DNA of 64,000 bases, taken from contig JBNRSN020000024.1 in the NCBI GenBank assembly GCA_051313645.2, positions 59,892,001 through 59,956,000 on the forward strand, read 5' to 3'. Below, in pieces: positions 50,155-62,917 of this stretch (positions within the stretch are counted from its first letter, which is position 1; every line of letters begins with the position of its first letter). Source of the DNA: Centroscyllium fabricii. Lineage: Eukaryota. The translations under genes were made by a program, and so were the position numbers. The notes beneath the pieces were generated by a model that was not told the origin of the DNA, searched no databases, and was given only the letters and a program-made list of their open reading frames with translations.

Positions 50155-50710
50155 GAGTATGGTGTGCAGTTTTGGTCGCCTTATCGGACGGAGGGAGGAT
50201 GTTCATGCCATGGAGGGAGTGCAGCGAAGATTCACCAGGCTGATACCTGGGGTGGCAGGAATGACGTATGAGGAGAGATTAGGTCGATTGGGCTTATACT
50301 CGCTGGAGTTTAGAAGAATGAGAGGGGATCTCATTGAAACTTATAAAATTCTAACAGGACTAGACAGACTGGATGCAGAAAGGATGTTCCCAATGGCCGG
50401 GGAGTCCAGAACCAGGGGTCACAGTCTAAGGATAAGGGATATGCCATTCAGGACAGAGATGAGGAAGAATTTCTTCACCCAGAGAGTGGTGAACCTGTGA
50501 AATTCTCTACCACAGAATGTAGTTGAGGCCAAGTCATTAAATATATTCAAGAAGGAGTTAGATATATTTCTTAAGGCTAAAGGGATCAAGGGATATGGGG
50601 AGAAGGCAGGGACAGGTACTGAATTTGGATGATCAGCCATGATCTCACTGAATGGCGGAGCAGGCTCGAGGGGCCGAATGGCCTACTCCTGCTCCTATCT
50701 TCTATGTTTC
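50155..50710 (+). mobile_element. CR1 3' fragment
   Basis: AMEGVQRRFTRLIPG...TRGHSL...FFTQRVVNL and tail. Confidence 0.92.
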
Positions 50711-51338
50711 TGTGCTTCCATTCAAGCTTGACCCCAAACCAGGTTCACACTCAAAATATTTTCCTTCCTGCAGCTTGGATTTTTCATGGCTATGGTATAG
50801 GAACTTCCAGACTTGCACCAGAGAGGATAGGAAGCTGAAGAGCTCAGTGTTTTCATCACCAGGTTGAGGTCCTCCATTCTAGCATTCCCATACTAAAGTC
50901 ATTAGTAGTTGGCTCAGACTAAAGTGCTCCCTGAAGAATGCGTGGAGCACTGTTCAAATATTCAAATTGCTTTCAAAGAGTGTGGGACACTCCTGAGCAT
51001 TGCTGCCCGCTGGCCAGCCAATTGGAACACTCCATTTTAATTAACTATCTTTATTAAACTTATTGGCAGCAAACGAAAGGACTTCTGGCTCTAGGCCCCC
51101 ATAGAAGCCTGAGCTGGTGGGGTTGCCAGAGGAAGATCGGCATGGAGCCACTGGAATTCCCACTAATATAAACAAGAATTACTGAAGTTGCTGAAAAAAG
51201 CGGGCTTTGCTCAAGGGAAGGAGTGGAAATACCATTTGTAAATAGGGAAAGCTAACTCTAAATCCAAGCCCAAATACCAACATACGAACAATGACGGACA
51301 GATAAGGTCCATCAAGCCTGTCCCACACAATTGCGATA

Positions 51339-52933
51339 CAGTTTGGGCACCGGTAATCCGTTACCCGAAACGACGGCAACTTCAGTCTTCCGGAACAAAT
51401 TGCCCCGACTGCACTGCGCATGCGCAAAATGGCAGCTGTGATCGTGGCTTGGGCAAATGATCTGCGCATGCGCCGCCGAACGGCGAGCGCATGCGCAGAT
51501 CATTCAAAACGGCTGCCGGATGTTTTGAATGATCTGCGCATGCGCCGCCGGACGGCGCGCGCATGCGCAGATCATTCAAAACGGCCGCCGGACGAGCCGG
51601 GCCTTCCGTGGTGTTTTGAAGGTGCGATTAAGAACATAAGAAATAGGAGCAGGAGTAAGCCAATCGGCCCCTCGAGCCCGCTCCGCCATTCAATAAGATC
51701 ATGGCTGATCTGATCCCAACCTCAATTTTATTTTTACTCTCCACCCCGCCCAGACCAATGTGATCACCTGGGAGAGGTGAAAAACCAGACATGGCCGATC
51801 TGAACCTAGCCTCACGTCCACTTACCAGCCCGTTCACCATAACCCCTAATTCCCTTTAATTCCAGGAAACTGTCTATCTCAGTTTTAAATTTATTCAACG
51901 TAGTAGCTTCTACAGCTCTCTGGGGCAGCAAATTCCACAGCCGCACCACCCTCTGAGTAAAGAAGTTCCCCCTCATCTCAGTTTTGAAATGGGAGCCCCT
52001 TATTTTAAGATTATGCCCCCTAGTCCTAGTCTCACCCACCATTGGGAACATCCTCACCGCATCCACCCGATCAAGCCCTCTCACAATCTTATATATTTCA
52101 ATAAGATCGCCTCTCATTCTTCTGAACTCCAATGAGTAGAGGCCCAATCCACTCAGCCTCTCGTCATATGTTAGCCCCCTCATCCCCGGAATTAACCTAG
52201 TGAATCTTCTCTGCACTGCCTCGAGAGCAAGTATGTCCTTTCTTAAATAGGGACACCAGAACTGCACGCAGTATTCCAGGTGTGGTCTCACCAATACCCT
52301 GTACAACTGCAACAAGACCTCCCTGCTTTTATACTCAATCCCCTTAGCAATAAAAGCCAACATTCCGTTGGCCTTCCTTACCACCTGCTGCACCTGCATA
52401 TTAACTTTCTGTGTCCCCTGCACCAGGACCCCCAGATCCCTTTGCACTGAAGTACTTTCCAGTTCCTTTCCATTTAGATAATAACTCGCGCTATTATTTT
52501 TCCTGCCAAAGTGCATAACTTCACATTTTCCAGTATTATACTCCATCTGCCAAATCTCTGCCCACTCACTTAGCCTATCTATGTCCTTTTGCAGGTTTTT
52601 AATGTCCTCCTCATTCATCACCCTCCCTCCCTCCCATTTTTGTGTCATCCGCAAACTTTGATATGTTGCACTTGGTCCCTTCTTCCAAATCGTTAATATA
52701 GATTGTAAAGAGTTGGGGTCCCAGCACCGACCCATGGTGAAGCGTGCGGTTCCCCGGAGCAACATGCTGCCGTCATCAGGAGGCACAAACCGCAGCTGAG
52801 ACTCCGCAAGGACGTTCGGCGGCCATTTTGAATGGTGCGCGCATGCGCACTGACCGACTTCATTCTGCCGGTTTTTTCACTTTCCCGGCACGGGCCTGGT
52901 CCCGCCTGTGCCGGATTTCCGGTGCTCAACCTG
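51339..52933. mobile_element. Tigger/pogo-like element, family A, containing a CR1 insertion
   Basis: TA-CAGTTTGGGCACCG / CGGTGCTCAACCTG-TA; arms are the reverse complement of 22375-23240. Confidence 0.85.
51629..52735 (-). mobile_element. 5'-truncated CR1 (RT C-terminal half)
   Basis: ORF 51812-52786: LQKDIDRLSEWAEIWQMEYN...RPHLEYCVQFW...TRGHNLK. Confidence 0.93.
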
Positions 52934-52935
52934 TA

Positions 52936-53590
52936 CATAACATAACAAATAGGAGGAGTAGGCCATTCGGCCCTTTGAGCCTGCTCCGCCATTCAATGAG
53001 ATCATGGCTGATCTTCTGCCTCAACTCCATTCACCGGCCCTATCGCCATATCCCTTGATGCCTTTACTAGTCAGAAATCTATCGACTTCTGTTCTGAATA
53101 TATCCAATGACTGAACCTCCACAGCCCTCTGGGATAGAGAATTCCAAAGATTCACCACCCTCTGTGTGAAGAAATTTCTTCTCATCGCAGTCCTGAATGA
53201 CCTACCCTTTATCCTGAGGCTGTGGCCCCTGGTTCTAGACTCCCCAGGCAAAGGAAACATTGTCCCAGCATCCACCCTATCAAGCCCTGTAATAATTTTG
53301 TATGCTTCAATGAGATCCCCTCTCATTCATCTGAATTCAAGAGAATACAGGCCTAGTTTACTCAATCTCTTCTCAAACGATAGTCCCGCCATCCCAGGAA
53401 TGAATCTCGTGAATCTTCGCTGCACTCCCTCTATGGCAAGTATATCCTTCCTTAGGCAAGGAGACCAAAATTGTACACAGTACTCCAGGTGTGGACTCAC
53501 CAGGGCCCTATATAATCGGATCAAGACTTCTTTACTCCTGTACTTAAATCCTCTTGTAATGAAGGCCAGCATACCATTTGCCTTCCGAAT
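52936..53590 (-). mobile_element. 5'-truncated CR1
   Basis: RKANGMLAFITRG...PHLEYCVQFWSP...TRGHSL. Confidence 0.92.
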
Positions 53591-54115
53591 GGCTGGTGTA
53601 TCACAGTATATACTCTCCACCAATGTTCTCTTGAAGCTGCGCAGACACGCAGCTCTCCAAACCGCACGTGTAGTATTTTGAATGGGCCGCACAACCCCGC
53701 ACCCAATTTTTTTTTTTTTTTTACGGGAACATTGCTCTCCACCCCACCCAAAACTACGTGATCTCCTGGGAGCCGCGAAAAAACAGATTAAAAATCCCAG
53801 GCTGATGCAAACTAGAAGATCGTGGATCTCCTCATGTTCCACATCCAATGAAGCGTGGCCACTATTGTTATTGTAGGAAAACATTTGTAAACCACAAGAG
53901 GTCACCGCATCAAATGAGATGAATGGCCAGTTAATCCGCTTTTGATGGTGTTGCTTAAATGAAATGTGGGAGAACCATGCCAAACTGAGCTTTGCTGGAG
54001 CAGCTGGCTTTGAAATCCTGAGCCAGTGAATTATTTGCCTGGGTCCCGAGTGGGACTAAGTTCTTGTCCTTTTGCCTACCCATGCAGTGTATCCCTGATC
54101 ATCTCTATGTTGGTA

Positions 54116-54461
54116 CAGGTTGTGCACCGTTAATCCGGCACACGGTAATTCGGCACCTTCAGTGACCTGGCACGATTCGCGCTGGCCAGCCCACGTGATC
54201 CCAGGGACGCTCTCGATGCGCGGGCTTCTCCCCGACTGGTCTGCACAAGCGCAACGGCCATTTTGACTGCTCTGCGCAAACGCAGTGGCCATTTTGACTG
54301 GTCTGTGCAGGCGCAGCGGCCATTTTGACTGGTCTGCGCAGGCGCAGCGGCCATTTTGACTGGTCTGCGCCTGCGCCCCCCGAACCTTCAGTGGTTCGGC
54401 ATTTTCAGTGGTCTGGCACCGGCCTGGTCCCGAGGGTGCCGGATTAACGGTGCACAACCTG
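54116..54461. mobile_element. Tigger/pogo-like MITE, family A, with 30-bp tandem repeat
   Basis: TIR CAGGTTGTGCACCGTTAATCCGGCAC plus TA TSD; GCGGCCATTTTGACTGGTCTGCGCAGGCGCA x4. Confidence 0.9.
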
Positions 54462-55404
54462 TACCAAGTTCTGCAACAGACACCGTTTCACTCAGTCTTT
54501 CAAGGGGTTAAATGGTTCTGAAATTATCTTTAATAATCAATAAGCCTGAAGTGTGCGGTGAAAGACAAATAGAGACGACACAGCTTCTGCTGCAGTCAGC
54601 AGGAACCTCGGCCTAACTGCTTGTTTCTGCCAAATGGAGTGAGGTAAACATCAAAGGCCAGTGATCCAGAATAACCAGGAGTTTAAAAAAATCTTAAATT
54701 AGCCATAAGCGCAAAATTATGCAACTCTTTGTGCGAGAGGGCTTCTGCAGCGCTGCAATAGCTGCTCTCCCTCCATTAGGCCGGGTTTTTAACAATCAAA
54801 TTCTTTGTTGAGCGCAATTATGACTCATCCAACTGAGGTCTTTATCAACAGCTAATGCTTTTACGGCTCTTCAGACACAAGTTGTTCAAAGTGACAAGCT
54901 CTTTTGCTTACGTAAAGCTCAAACTGTGATTTGAAAGGACAGCCATCATTTTTTGAAGCACTTCCCTTTCGCTTTGTGTTCAAAATAAATAAACAGAGAA
55001 ACAACAACCCCATCAATTCACCATCGCGTCGTGCCAAGAGCTTCTTTAATCATGTTTTAAAATGTAACCCCTTGTTGGATTTCCTATAGGATAGGATTTC
55101 GTTAAAGTACTTTACAAGGAGATTCCACATTAAAAAACAATTATCGGGTGATTTTAGAGCTTAAACTACCTGTATTAGCATTCCACATACTTTTTAAAAA
55201 GAAATTAAAATGATTATCCCGTTTTTTATACCAATTCAAATTTGGTTCTCTTGCAATGTTTCCTAAGCAACTGCATGTGAATAAATTGCTCTCAGTGCCA
55301 TTTTCTAATAGGTCACTAAAGGACATGCAAAAATGGCCCACTAGCAATTTTCCTGCATCCAAACACGCGAGGAAGTTGTTGTGCATCTGCAGGGGCTCAG
55401 CTGA

Positions 55405-55645
55405 TGGTGATCTCACCTCTGGGTCAGGTTCAAGCCCGACTCCAGGACTTGAATGTACAATCGAGGCTGGCAGTCCAACGTTGCACAGAGGGAGTGCTGC
55501 ATTGTCAGGGGTGCTATCTTTCAGATATGGGGTCCCCATCTGCTGGTTCAGGTTAAAGATCCCATGGCACTATTCGAAAATCAGGGCGTTCTCCTAGTGT
55601 CTTGGGTAATATTCCTCCCTCAACCAATACAACCAACATTGTTAA
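55405..55645 (+). mobile_element. SacSINE1-like fragment
   Basis: GGTTCAAGCCC, GAGGGAGTGCTGCATTGTC, AAAGATCCCATGGCACTATTCGAA. Confidence 0.65.
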
Positions 55646-55734
55646 AATAATTCCTTACATGAAGAGATCGGAAACCTTTTGCTAGAACAAGCAGCTATAA
55701 AAATGCAAGCATTTTGATTTTTTAGTCTCCAATA

Positions 55735-56049
55735 CAGGAAACTCTTTTTTATCCGGCACCGGCGTCGTGCCGGTTTATCAAAAAGTCCGCATTACAGAGA
55801 GGTATAGTTACCAAGCTACGAGAGACCCACACACAACAAATCCAAGCGTCCCTGTTGCTTAGCAACAGGTGCAGAAACACCGGCCAGAAGATCAGGTGTC
55901 CCTGTTGCTTAGCAACAGGTGCAGGAACCCTGGTTACAGATCCAGGAACAGCCACTAATATGAACTAAAACTTACCTGAACCTACTCCTGAATTTTGCTG
56001 GTCAACAAAGATTTCCGGTTATTTAGGTGCCAGTAAATCGAGTTTCCTG
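55735..56049. mobile_element. Family B pogo-like MITE with duplicated X-box palindromes
   Basis: TA-CAGGAAACTC / GAGTTTCCTG-TA. Confidence 0.75.
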
Positions 56050-56513
56050 TAATAGGCTCACCCAGACAGTACGACAAATTTCACGTAGAGAATTGTGACC
56101 ATAAATTTACAAAACTCCCACCTGTTTAACCAGAACAGTTGGCTGTGTGCTGAAGCACCCTCACCTAATGACCAACACTGCAGGTTTGGTTATATCAGTC
56201 ACAAAATGGCAGGAATGAGTCCTATACAAAGAGCTCCTCATTTCCTTCTCACTAATTCCTCCCTGGAATACAATTCCATGGCATTGGTTCCTTCCCCGAG
56301 TATCCATCACTCGTGTGTGAGCCTCGACAGTACATGTCAATAAGTTAACCTACTGCGAGAGGGAGTGGCGTCCAATCCACACGCAATAACTACACACATG
56401 CACAGGATAATGATTCTTACCGTGAACCATGACCCATTATCCCTTCCGCAGCCCAGGGATGTTGAGGCTAATTGTAGCACAGTCAGTGCCGTCCTAGTGA
56501 AGTTGCGCTAATA

Positions 56514-57117
56514 TGGGTGGCACAGTGGTTAGCACTGTTGTCTCAGAGCTAGGGGCCCGGGTTCAAATCCAGCCTCGGGTACTATCTGTGTGGAGTTTGC
56601 ACATTCTCCCCGTGTCTGCGTGGGTTTCCTCCCACAGTCCAAAGATGTGCGGGTTAGGTTGATTGGCCAGGATAAATTGACCCTTAGTGTTAGGGGGTTT
56701 GAATATGTGGGTTTACGGGGATAGAAACATAGAAACTAGGAGCAGGAGTAGGCCATTCAGCCCTTCGAGCCTGCTCCGCCAGTCAACGAGATCATGGCTG
56801 ATCATCCAAACCCAGTACCCCGCCCTGGCCCTCTCCCCATATCCCTCGATCCCTATCGAGCCTCCATCAACACATATCCCACCCTATCCCCGTAACCCCA
56901 CATATTCAAACCCCCTAACACTAAGGGTCAATTTATCCTGGCCAATCAACCTAACCCCACACATCATAGGGTGGGATATGTGTTGATGGAGGCTCGAGGG
57001 GGATATGGGGAGAGGGCAGGGGCTGGGTGCTGGGTTTGGATGATCAGCCATGATCTCATTGAATGGCGGAGCAGGCTCGAAGGGCCGAATGGCCTACTCC
57101 TGCTCCTAGTTTCTATA
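56514..57117 (+). mobile_element. V-SINE with a nested antisense 5'-truncated V-SINE (56725-56965)
   Basis: Host interrupted at ATAG, duplicated at 56721-56724 and 56966-56969. Confidence 0.88.
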
Positions 57118-57745
57118 GGAGAAACGTGGGGGCTCAAACTTGGGGCCTTCCTGATCGACCATGGCTCAACGACTCAATTGGCCGGGACTTCAGGGGAGCT
57201 CCTGAACTTGAACCTGTTGTCGGAGGAAGCAGCGAGCGGAGGCCGGAAACTTCCACATGAAACGGGAGAGAAGAATCAGGGTTTCGGGACTCACTCGCAC
57301 ATCTACTAGAATTCAGCAGCTGCTTGTGCCAGACATCTGGGAGAGTCACCCTTCCAACCTCTTGGCCTGGCCAATGGTGCTATAAAGGCCTGGAATGCTC
57401 TAAAGAGGTGAAGCACAGTAAATTAATTGGAGAGTAAAAAAAAATTAATTGCCTGTTAATTTAGATTTGGTAACCATGACGGTAGATCATACAGATCACA
57501 ATCTCACAAATGAGCTCCTCAAGTTGTGCCCAAGGCCTGTCACCTCCAGGCTGTAATCAAATTAAACTGTGAGAAAGCTGATTTAAAACAATAAATAAAT
57601 AAAAGCTACAGTGTATTAATGAATCGCAGGAATGCATTTAAATACGAGACCAGCCATCCGTCTTCAGACTCTCCACAGGTTCAAGCATTAATCCATATGA
57701 AACTTCGGGGGGGGGGGGGGGGGATAGAAATTAAACTGCACGTAC

Positions 57746-57858
57746 CCAAACGCTCGGCCAGGCTCATGTACACGGGGTCCACCCGGCGCATCGTTTTCAC
57801 CAGGTCTTTCTTCCGGAATTTGATCTCCACCGTTCCCTCTGGCTCCAGGACGCCACCT
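57746..57858 (-). CDS. ACACA: ACACA exon ([37 protein letters not shown])
   Basis: Conserved GVLEPEG motif; ttacag|A ... G|gtacg; 113 nt. Confidence 0.95.
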
Positions 57859-58449
57859 CTGTAATGAGCAAAACCCATTTACAGGCTAATTAACCATGCA
57901 ATTATTCAAGGCATAAATTAAAGTCACAGCATCTCTGCATTTAGAAAAAAAAAATACATATAGTCTGGACCTCTGAATAAATAAGAACTCACTCTCAGTT
58001 CTGTGTTCAGGTTGTGGTGGTGGTTGGCGGGGGCGGGGGCGGGGGGTACGGAAAGGGGTGACGTTTTGTTTTCCTTTTCCAAGAACGTTTCTGTGCGTCT
58101 TGGGAACCATGCAGATATTTTAGTTCATAAGATGTAAAGCACAATTGTTAGTGGCAATTTTCTAGTTACAGTAGTACTTTCAGAGCAAGCTATGATCACC
58201 GGCAAAGTTCCACCGTTCTCTCAACATTCTCTACACAGATGAGAGAAGGCGCTAGAAATGGACAGACACGTGTCTGTGTTTGGTGAAAAGCCAGGTCTAG
58301 ATTGAAGCTGCCAAAACAGCATTCCACACAGACGGGGTTAAATGGCAGAAAAATCCCTGTAACACACAATATGGGTTGACTGTGGAGACACATCTACTGC
58401 ATGGCAGCGCAGTATTGTGACCATAATTGTTACAGATGGGAGTTTATTG

Positions 58450-58612
58450 CAGGCGGAGATCGATAGATTGTTGGGCTCTCAGGGAATCGAGGAATATGGG
58501 GATTGGGCGGGAAGGTGGAGCGGAGGTGGAAGATCAGCCGTGATCTTATTGAATGGCGGAGCAGGCTCGAGGGGCCGTATGGCCGACTCCTGCTCCTATT
58601 TCTTATGTTCTT
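58450..58612 (+). mobile_element. CR1 extreme 3' fragment
   Basis: EIDRLLGSQGIEEYG reading; AATGGCGGAGCAGGCTCGAGGGG...CTTATGTTCTTA tail. Confidence 0.8.
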
Positions 58613-59884
58613 AAGGATGTGAGGGGGAAGAGGATTGGGGTGGTGGGGGCACGCGGGAAACAGAGCACACAGATAAGGGAAGAGAAGAAAACCACAAATC
58701 AGAGGGTGAATCAGACTGCCCCCCCCCCCCTTTTGTGTCACTTTGGTTCCCACACGCAATTCAGCATAGGCCTGGCAAGTGGGCTTTATGCCCCATACTC
58801 TAAATGCCAGTGGCCAGTCTCTGTCATGCCATGGGGAGGAAGCACCACATAAAAGGCCAGGCCAGGGAGGGAACAAAATAAATCAATCATAGCCTGAGCC
58901 ACAAACTCCTCTTGCAGACACTTGCCAGCAGATGGATTAAGAGCGATATAAAATTAAGACAGGGTTGGCCAAACTGGGAGCAGGTCACCTGCAACCTTGG
59001 TTAGAGAACTAGGCAATGGACAACCTAATACAGGAGGAGGAAGTAACACAAAAACAAGTAAAGGCAAGAAACAATTACATTTAATCTGTATATATTTATA
59101 TATTGTGACAGATGCACGATGTAAACAAGGCCAGCATCCTTCATTATGTATCGAGAAATTCATTGTGAAGCCAAACTGAATCAGTTCAGTCTCAGGAGTC
59201 TGCCCGTTGTCAGATTACATTTAGCTTTCCTTTCACAGAACATCTAGAAATATGGATTTGCAGTAAATGTCCAATGAGGAATGGAAACATGCAACTCACC
59301 AAAGAACATGCACAGAATTGGTAAAAGATATGAGAAGTATCCCCGACCCCTCCCCTCCATGCAGTGCTGACTCATGTGGAGAACAGTTCTTTAGGTGCTG
59401 GTATCCCTCCAGTATGTTGCCCATACTTTCGTGTGTATGTGTGGAAAATCGGTTCATATTTTAGCCAGCCCTGCATTTCATAAAAACGGCTCCTGAACCC
59501 ACAAGAATAAGACTGTTCATTTGCTGGATTTCAGCCACTCAGCAGCAACAATTCTGTGACAAACTGGGCTAAATCTGGTTCAGTAAAAACGGCCGGCAGT
59601 CTCCTGTGAGCTCCTGACCAACATTGGTGAACAGGGAATAGTTTTGTCATTTTCCACTCTTCCGCCTTCATCTGTTACACACGGCGGGTTTTAACCATGT
59701 TTGGAGACGCTGAAATTAGTGCATGTGGTTTAGAAATTATTTCACAAACCCCATGCCTGTGCTATCCTAACTGGTGGATGGAACAGTCCATCTGGTTTAT
59801 TTTTAAGTGAAAGCTGCACAGGGCTGGGGTGAGTATAGAAAGGGTTAACCTCCAGTGTGAGCGGAGCCGGCTTGATGTCCGTAC

Positions 59885-60062
59885 CTGCTCTCCTTGTCTG
59901 CATACATCTCCATGTGCCTGGGGTTGATGGTGGGGTCGATGACGACCCACGAGCCGCCTCTCAGCTCTGCGTGCGGGGGGATGTACACGAGCATGGGCTG
60001 CCGGTACTCTCGCAGCCCGTCGACGATGTACGCGCCAAACTTCAGCACTTGATCATACATGT
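59885..60062 (-). CDS. ACACA: ACACA exon ([60 protein letters not shown])
   Basis: Contains the [11 protein letters not shown] carboxyltransferase motif; ccag|AC ... AG|gtac; 178 nt, phase fits neighbours. Confidence 0.95.
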
Positions 60063-61113
60063 CTGGAGGGGATGAAGAAGAGAGTGGTTAATTTCACAGG
60101 GATTCGCATCCCATCAAATCACTCACGCTGAGACAACGACCCTGGTGTTAATTTCTGGTAAATTTCACGGCTGATTTCTTACTGTCGTGGGTCACTGCTG
60201 GCCTGCCTAACTAAACCCTAGCATATGGATACCCACCAACTAAATATTCAGCGAGTCTTATAATTTAATTTTGCATTATCGTGATAATCTTTCCAGCCAC
60301 ATAAAAATGTGCAGAAGACCAATCCAAACGTATCTGGATGTGCTTTTTATCCAACTTGAATTGGACCTCCTAGGTCGTCTCGTAAAGAGTTTTCCTTAAT
60401 GTCAATTTTCAGCCTAGCAAAAACTGCGTCTAATCTTTTCCTACTCATTACACACGATTTCCGAGATGTTTTACCCACCATCCAATTGGCTCCTTGCCGT
60501 GTTTGCGCGCACTGGAGAATAGTGTAATTGTTTATTTTCTTCCTCTGCTTTTCCCCCCACCCCCATGAATAATCAAAGCGGTGCCAAGGAAGAAACTGCT
60601 TCTGCACATTTCTCCTTGTAAGTGACTGGAGTTATCGGGCCAGAGCGGACCCTTATACTGCTGATGTTTTCTGTGCCAAGACTGTAAAAGGCACATTAAA
60701 GGAACGCCGTCGTCGGGGTCCCAGGAGTTCAGAAGCTGCCACAAGCACCGAAGTATAATATGGGGTACCACAGAATTGTTTTTCAAGCATTTAAAAATAC
60801 CATGATTTATTAAACGTTTGAAGTAGGACTCTCATCCTCAGGCTCCCTTATCAAGGGGAAGTCTCAGCAGCAGGTTGCTTTTTAAAAAAAAAAGTTAAAT
60901 AGCAACAAATATGAACATTACATTCCTTATTTTCTGTTTCAGTTTATTTTTAAAACTGCTCCTTTTTCCCTGGTATGATCCGCACTCACAGATTAAACAC
61001 AAATATTCCAAACTAAAGCAACCCAAGTGGATGGAATATAAAGTCTATGTTAGCTGTGACTGATTGATCTCGATAAGGAGCACTGATGATATAATGTGCG
61101 CGTCGGACTCTCT

Positions 61114-61688
61114 GGGGTCAATTTTCCTGAAGTTATGGGAAATGGGTGGGATCCCCACTGATCGCTCTATCTTCCCACTTTCTGAAAGGTGTGGAAGCCC
61201 CATGCAATTTTGGCTTAATTGGCCAATTAAGTCCCCGAGTGTGGGAAGACCCTGGCAATTGATGAATTTTACATAGAAAGTGGGCGGGCTTTGCACTGTG
61301 TCAGCAGCAGAGCCGAGGATAGGCAGCTGTAGTGATAGGCTTAGTGTTTCTCTTTCTGTGGTTTCAGGGCATTATGATGTCATAATGCAATGTCAACAGA
61401 TGAAACCACAAATCTAAGAGTGACAGCTTTAACTAGGTTGGCTCTGTTTGTTTGTGGTTTCAGTGGAATGTAAACAGAAACTGACCCACTGGATGATTGA
61501 CACTGTAACTGCTTTGCTTCACAGACAAGCTCGCAGCGGGCGGGACTGAGGCGGGCCGATCGGACCCGCCGGGTGAAATTGACAAGCGGGCGGGAAGACG
61601 GCAGGAGTGGTCGTGGACCCCCATTTCAGCTATTTTCGTTGCAGGCCCGCCCAAAAACCCGTCTCACGGCCCGAGGAAAGTTGACCCC
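61114..61688. mobile_element. Harbinger-like TIR element E1
   Basis: GGGGTCAATTTTCCT / AGGAAAGTTGACCCC; TCT on both sides (3-bp TSD). Confidence 0.7.
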
Positions 61689-61711
61689 TCTGTGTGCGTG
61701 TCGGACTCTCT

Positions 61712-62521
61712 GGGGGGGATTTTTGCAAAGGTGTGGGAAGCTGGCGGGTTTTGGGCAGGTCAGTTTTCTGACATGAATGTTTGAGGGCCTGGGAACCCCA
61801 CACAATTTTGGCTTAATTGGCCAATTAATTGCCTACGTGTGGGGAGCCCCTGCCAATACACAATTTCCAGTCAGAATGCAGCGGGCTGCAGTTGACAGCC
61901 GGAGGTTTGATTGACAGGGGTAAGGACTGTGTATTGTTAGTTTCTATGGAAACAGTCTATTGTGACATCACAATGGAGTGCAACCAATCTCAAAGCCCAA
62001 GTGGGTTGAGTGGCAGGTCCAAGGACTCGCTGCAAAGCTTTCAGTGAGGGGCAGTCTCTCTATGAAGCATTGCAGCACCTGTCAAGGTTAAGTCTTTTCA
62101 ATATTTTCTCCACAGCTGCTCTTCACCCAAGGGAGACACTTACACCTCCAGGGTGTTGAAGGCCTGGAAGGCATTCTGCTGTAGGTCCTTCAATGCCTTG
62201 AAGGTGAAAGTGACCAAGCTGACGAAGGTCCCGCTAGCTTTCACCAGCTGGGTTTCAGGATGGCAGGGTATGGGTGGGAAGGGCTTAAAAATTGCAAGGG
62301 GCCCTTAAAGTGGGATTACCCATGGCAATTAAGGGCCCCTAATGACCTCAACGACCAACTCCGCCGGTGGCGGGCGGGAAAGATTCAGGCTGGGTGGACA
62401 CGCCGCCGGAAAACTGCAAAGCGGCGGAGATCCGGCGGGAGGGGTCAGGACACCGTGGTTTCGGGATTTTAAGCCCCACCCCGCCGGAAACCCGCCCTCA
62501 CGGCCCGAGGAAAATTCCCCC
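61712..62521. mobile_element. Harbinger-like TIR element E2
   Basis: GGGGGGGATTTTT / AAAATTCCCCC; homologous to 27844-28723. Confidence 0.65.
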
Positions 62522-62917
62522 GTGTGTGTGTCGGACTCTATCTGTGCTGCTTAGGTTGAGCTGCAAATACACTGCAGCTACTGAACTAGTCAGGGACAGC
62601 AATTCCAAATTTTAAGTGATTGTGGACTTGTTCGAAAAGCATCGCACCACCATTACCGAAAACACCTTTAAAAATAATCGAGTCACAATACAGAAATATT
62701 CCATGACTCTTACTGCAAGAAGTGCAGAATACCGTCAAAGACCTTCCGGGAGACGAGGTTGCCTCATGGCCCTGCAGATTACAGCACTGGCTTCCCAAAT
62801 TCTACATCACACGCAGCCTGTCATTCGAGAGATTCTGAATGTGTCAGTTAGTTAAGATTAGTTTTGTCTGTTCTTTGCTCAACCACTAGGTGGAGCGCTT
62901 CAAGGAAGCACAGCATT

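Noticed and set aside
61095-62541. CRISPR-like array of three direct repeats
   Set aside because: The spacers are 575-810 bp TIR elements, the context is a eukaryotic intron, and there are no cas genes
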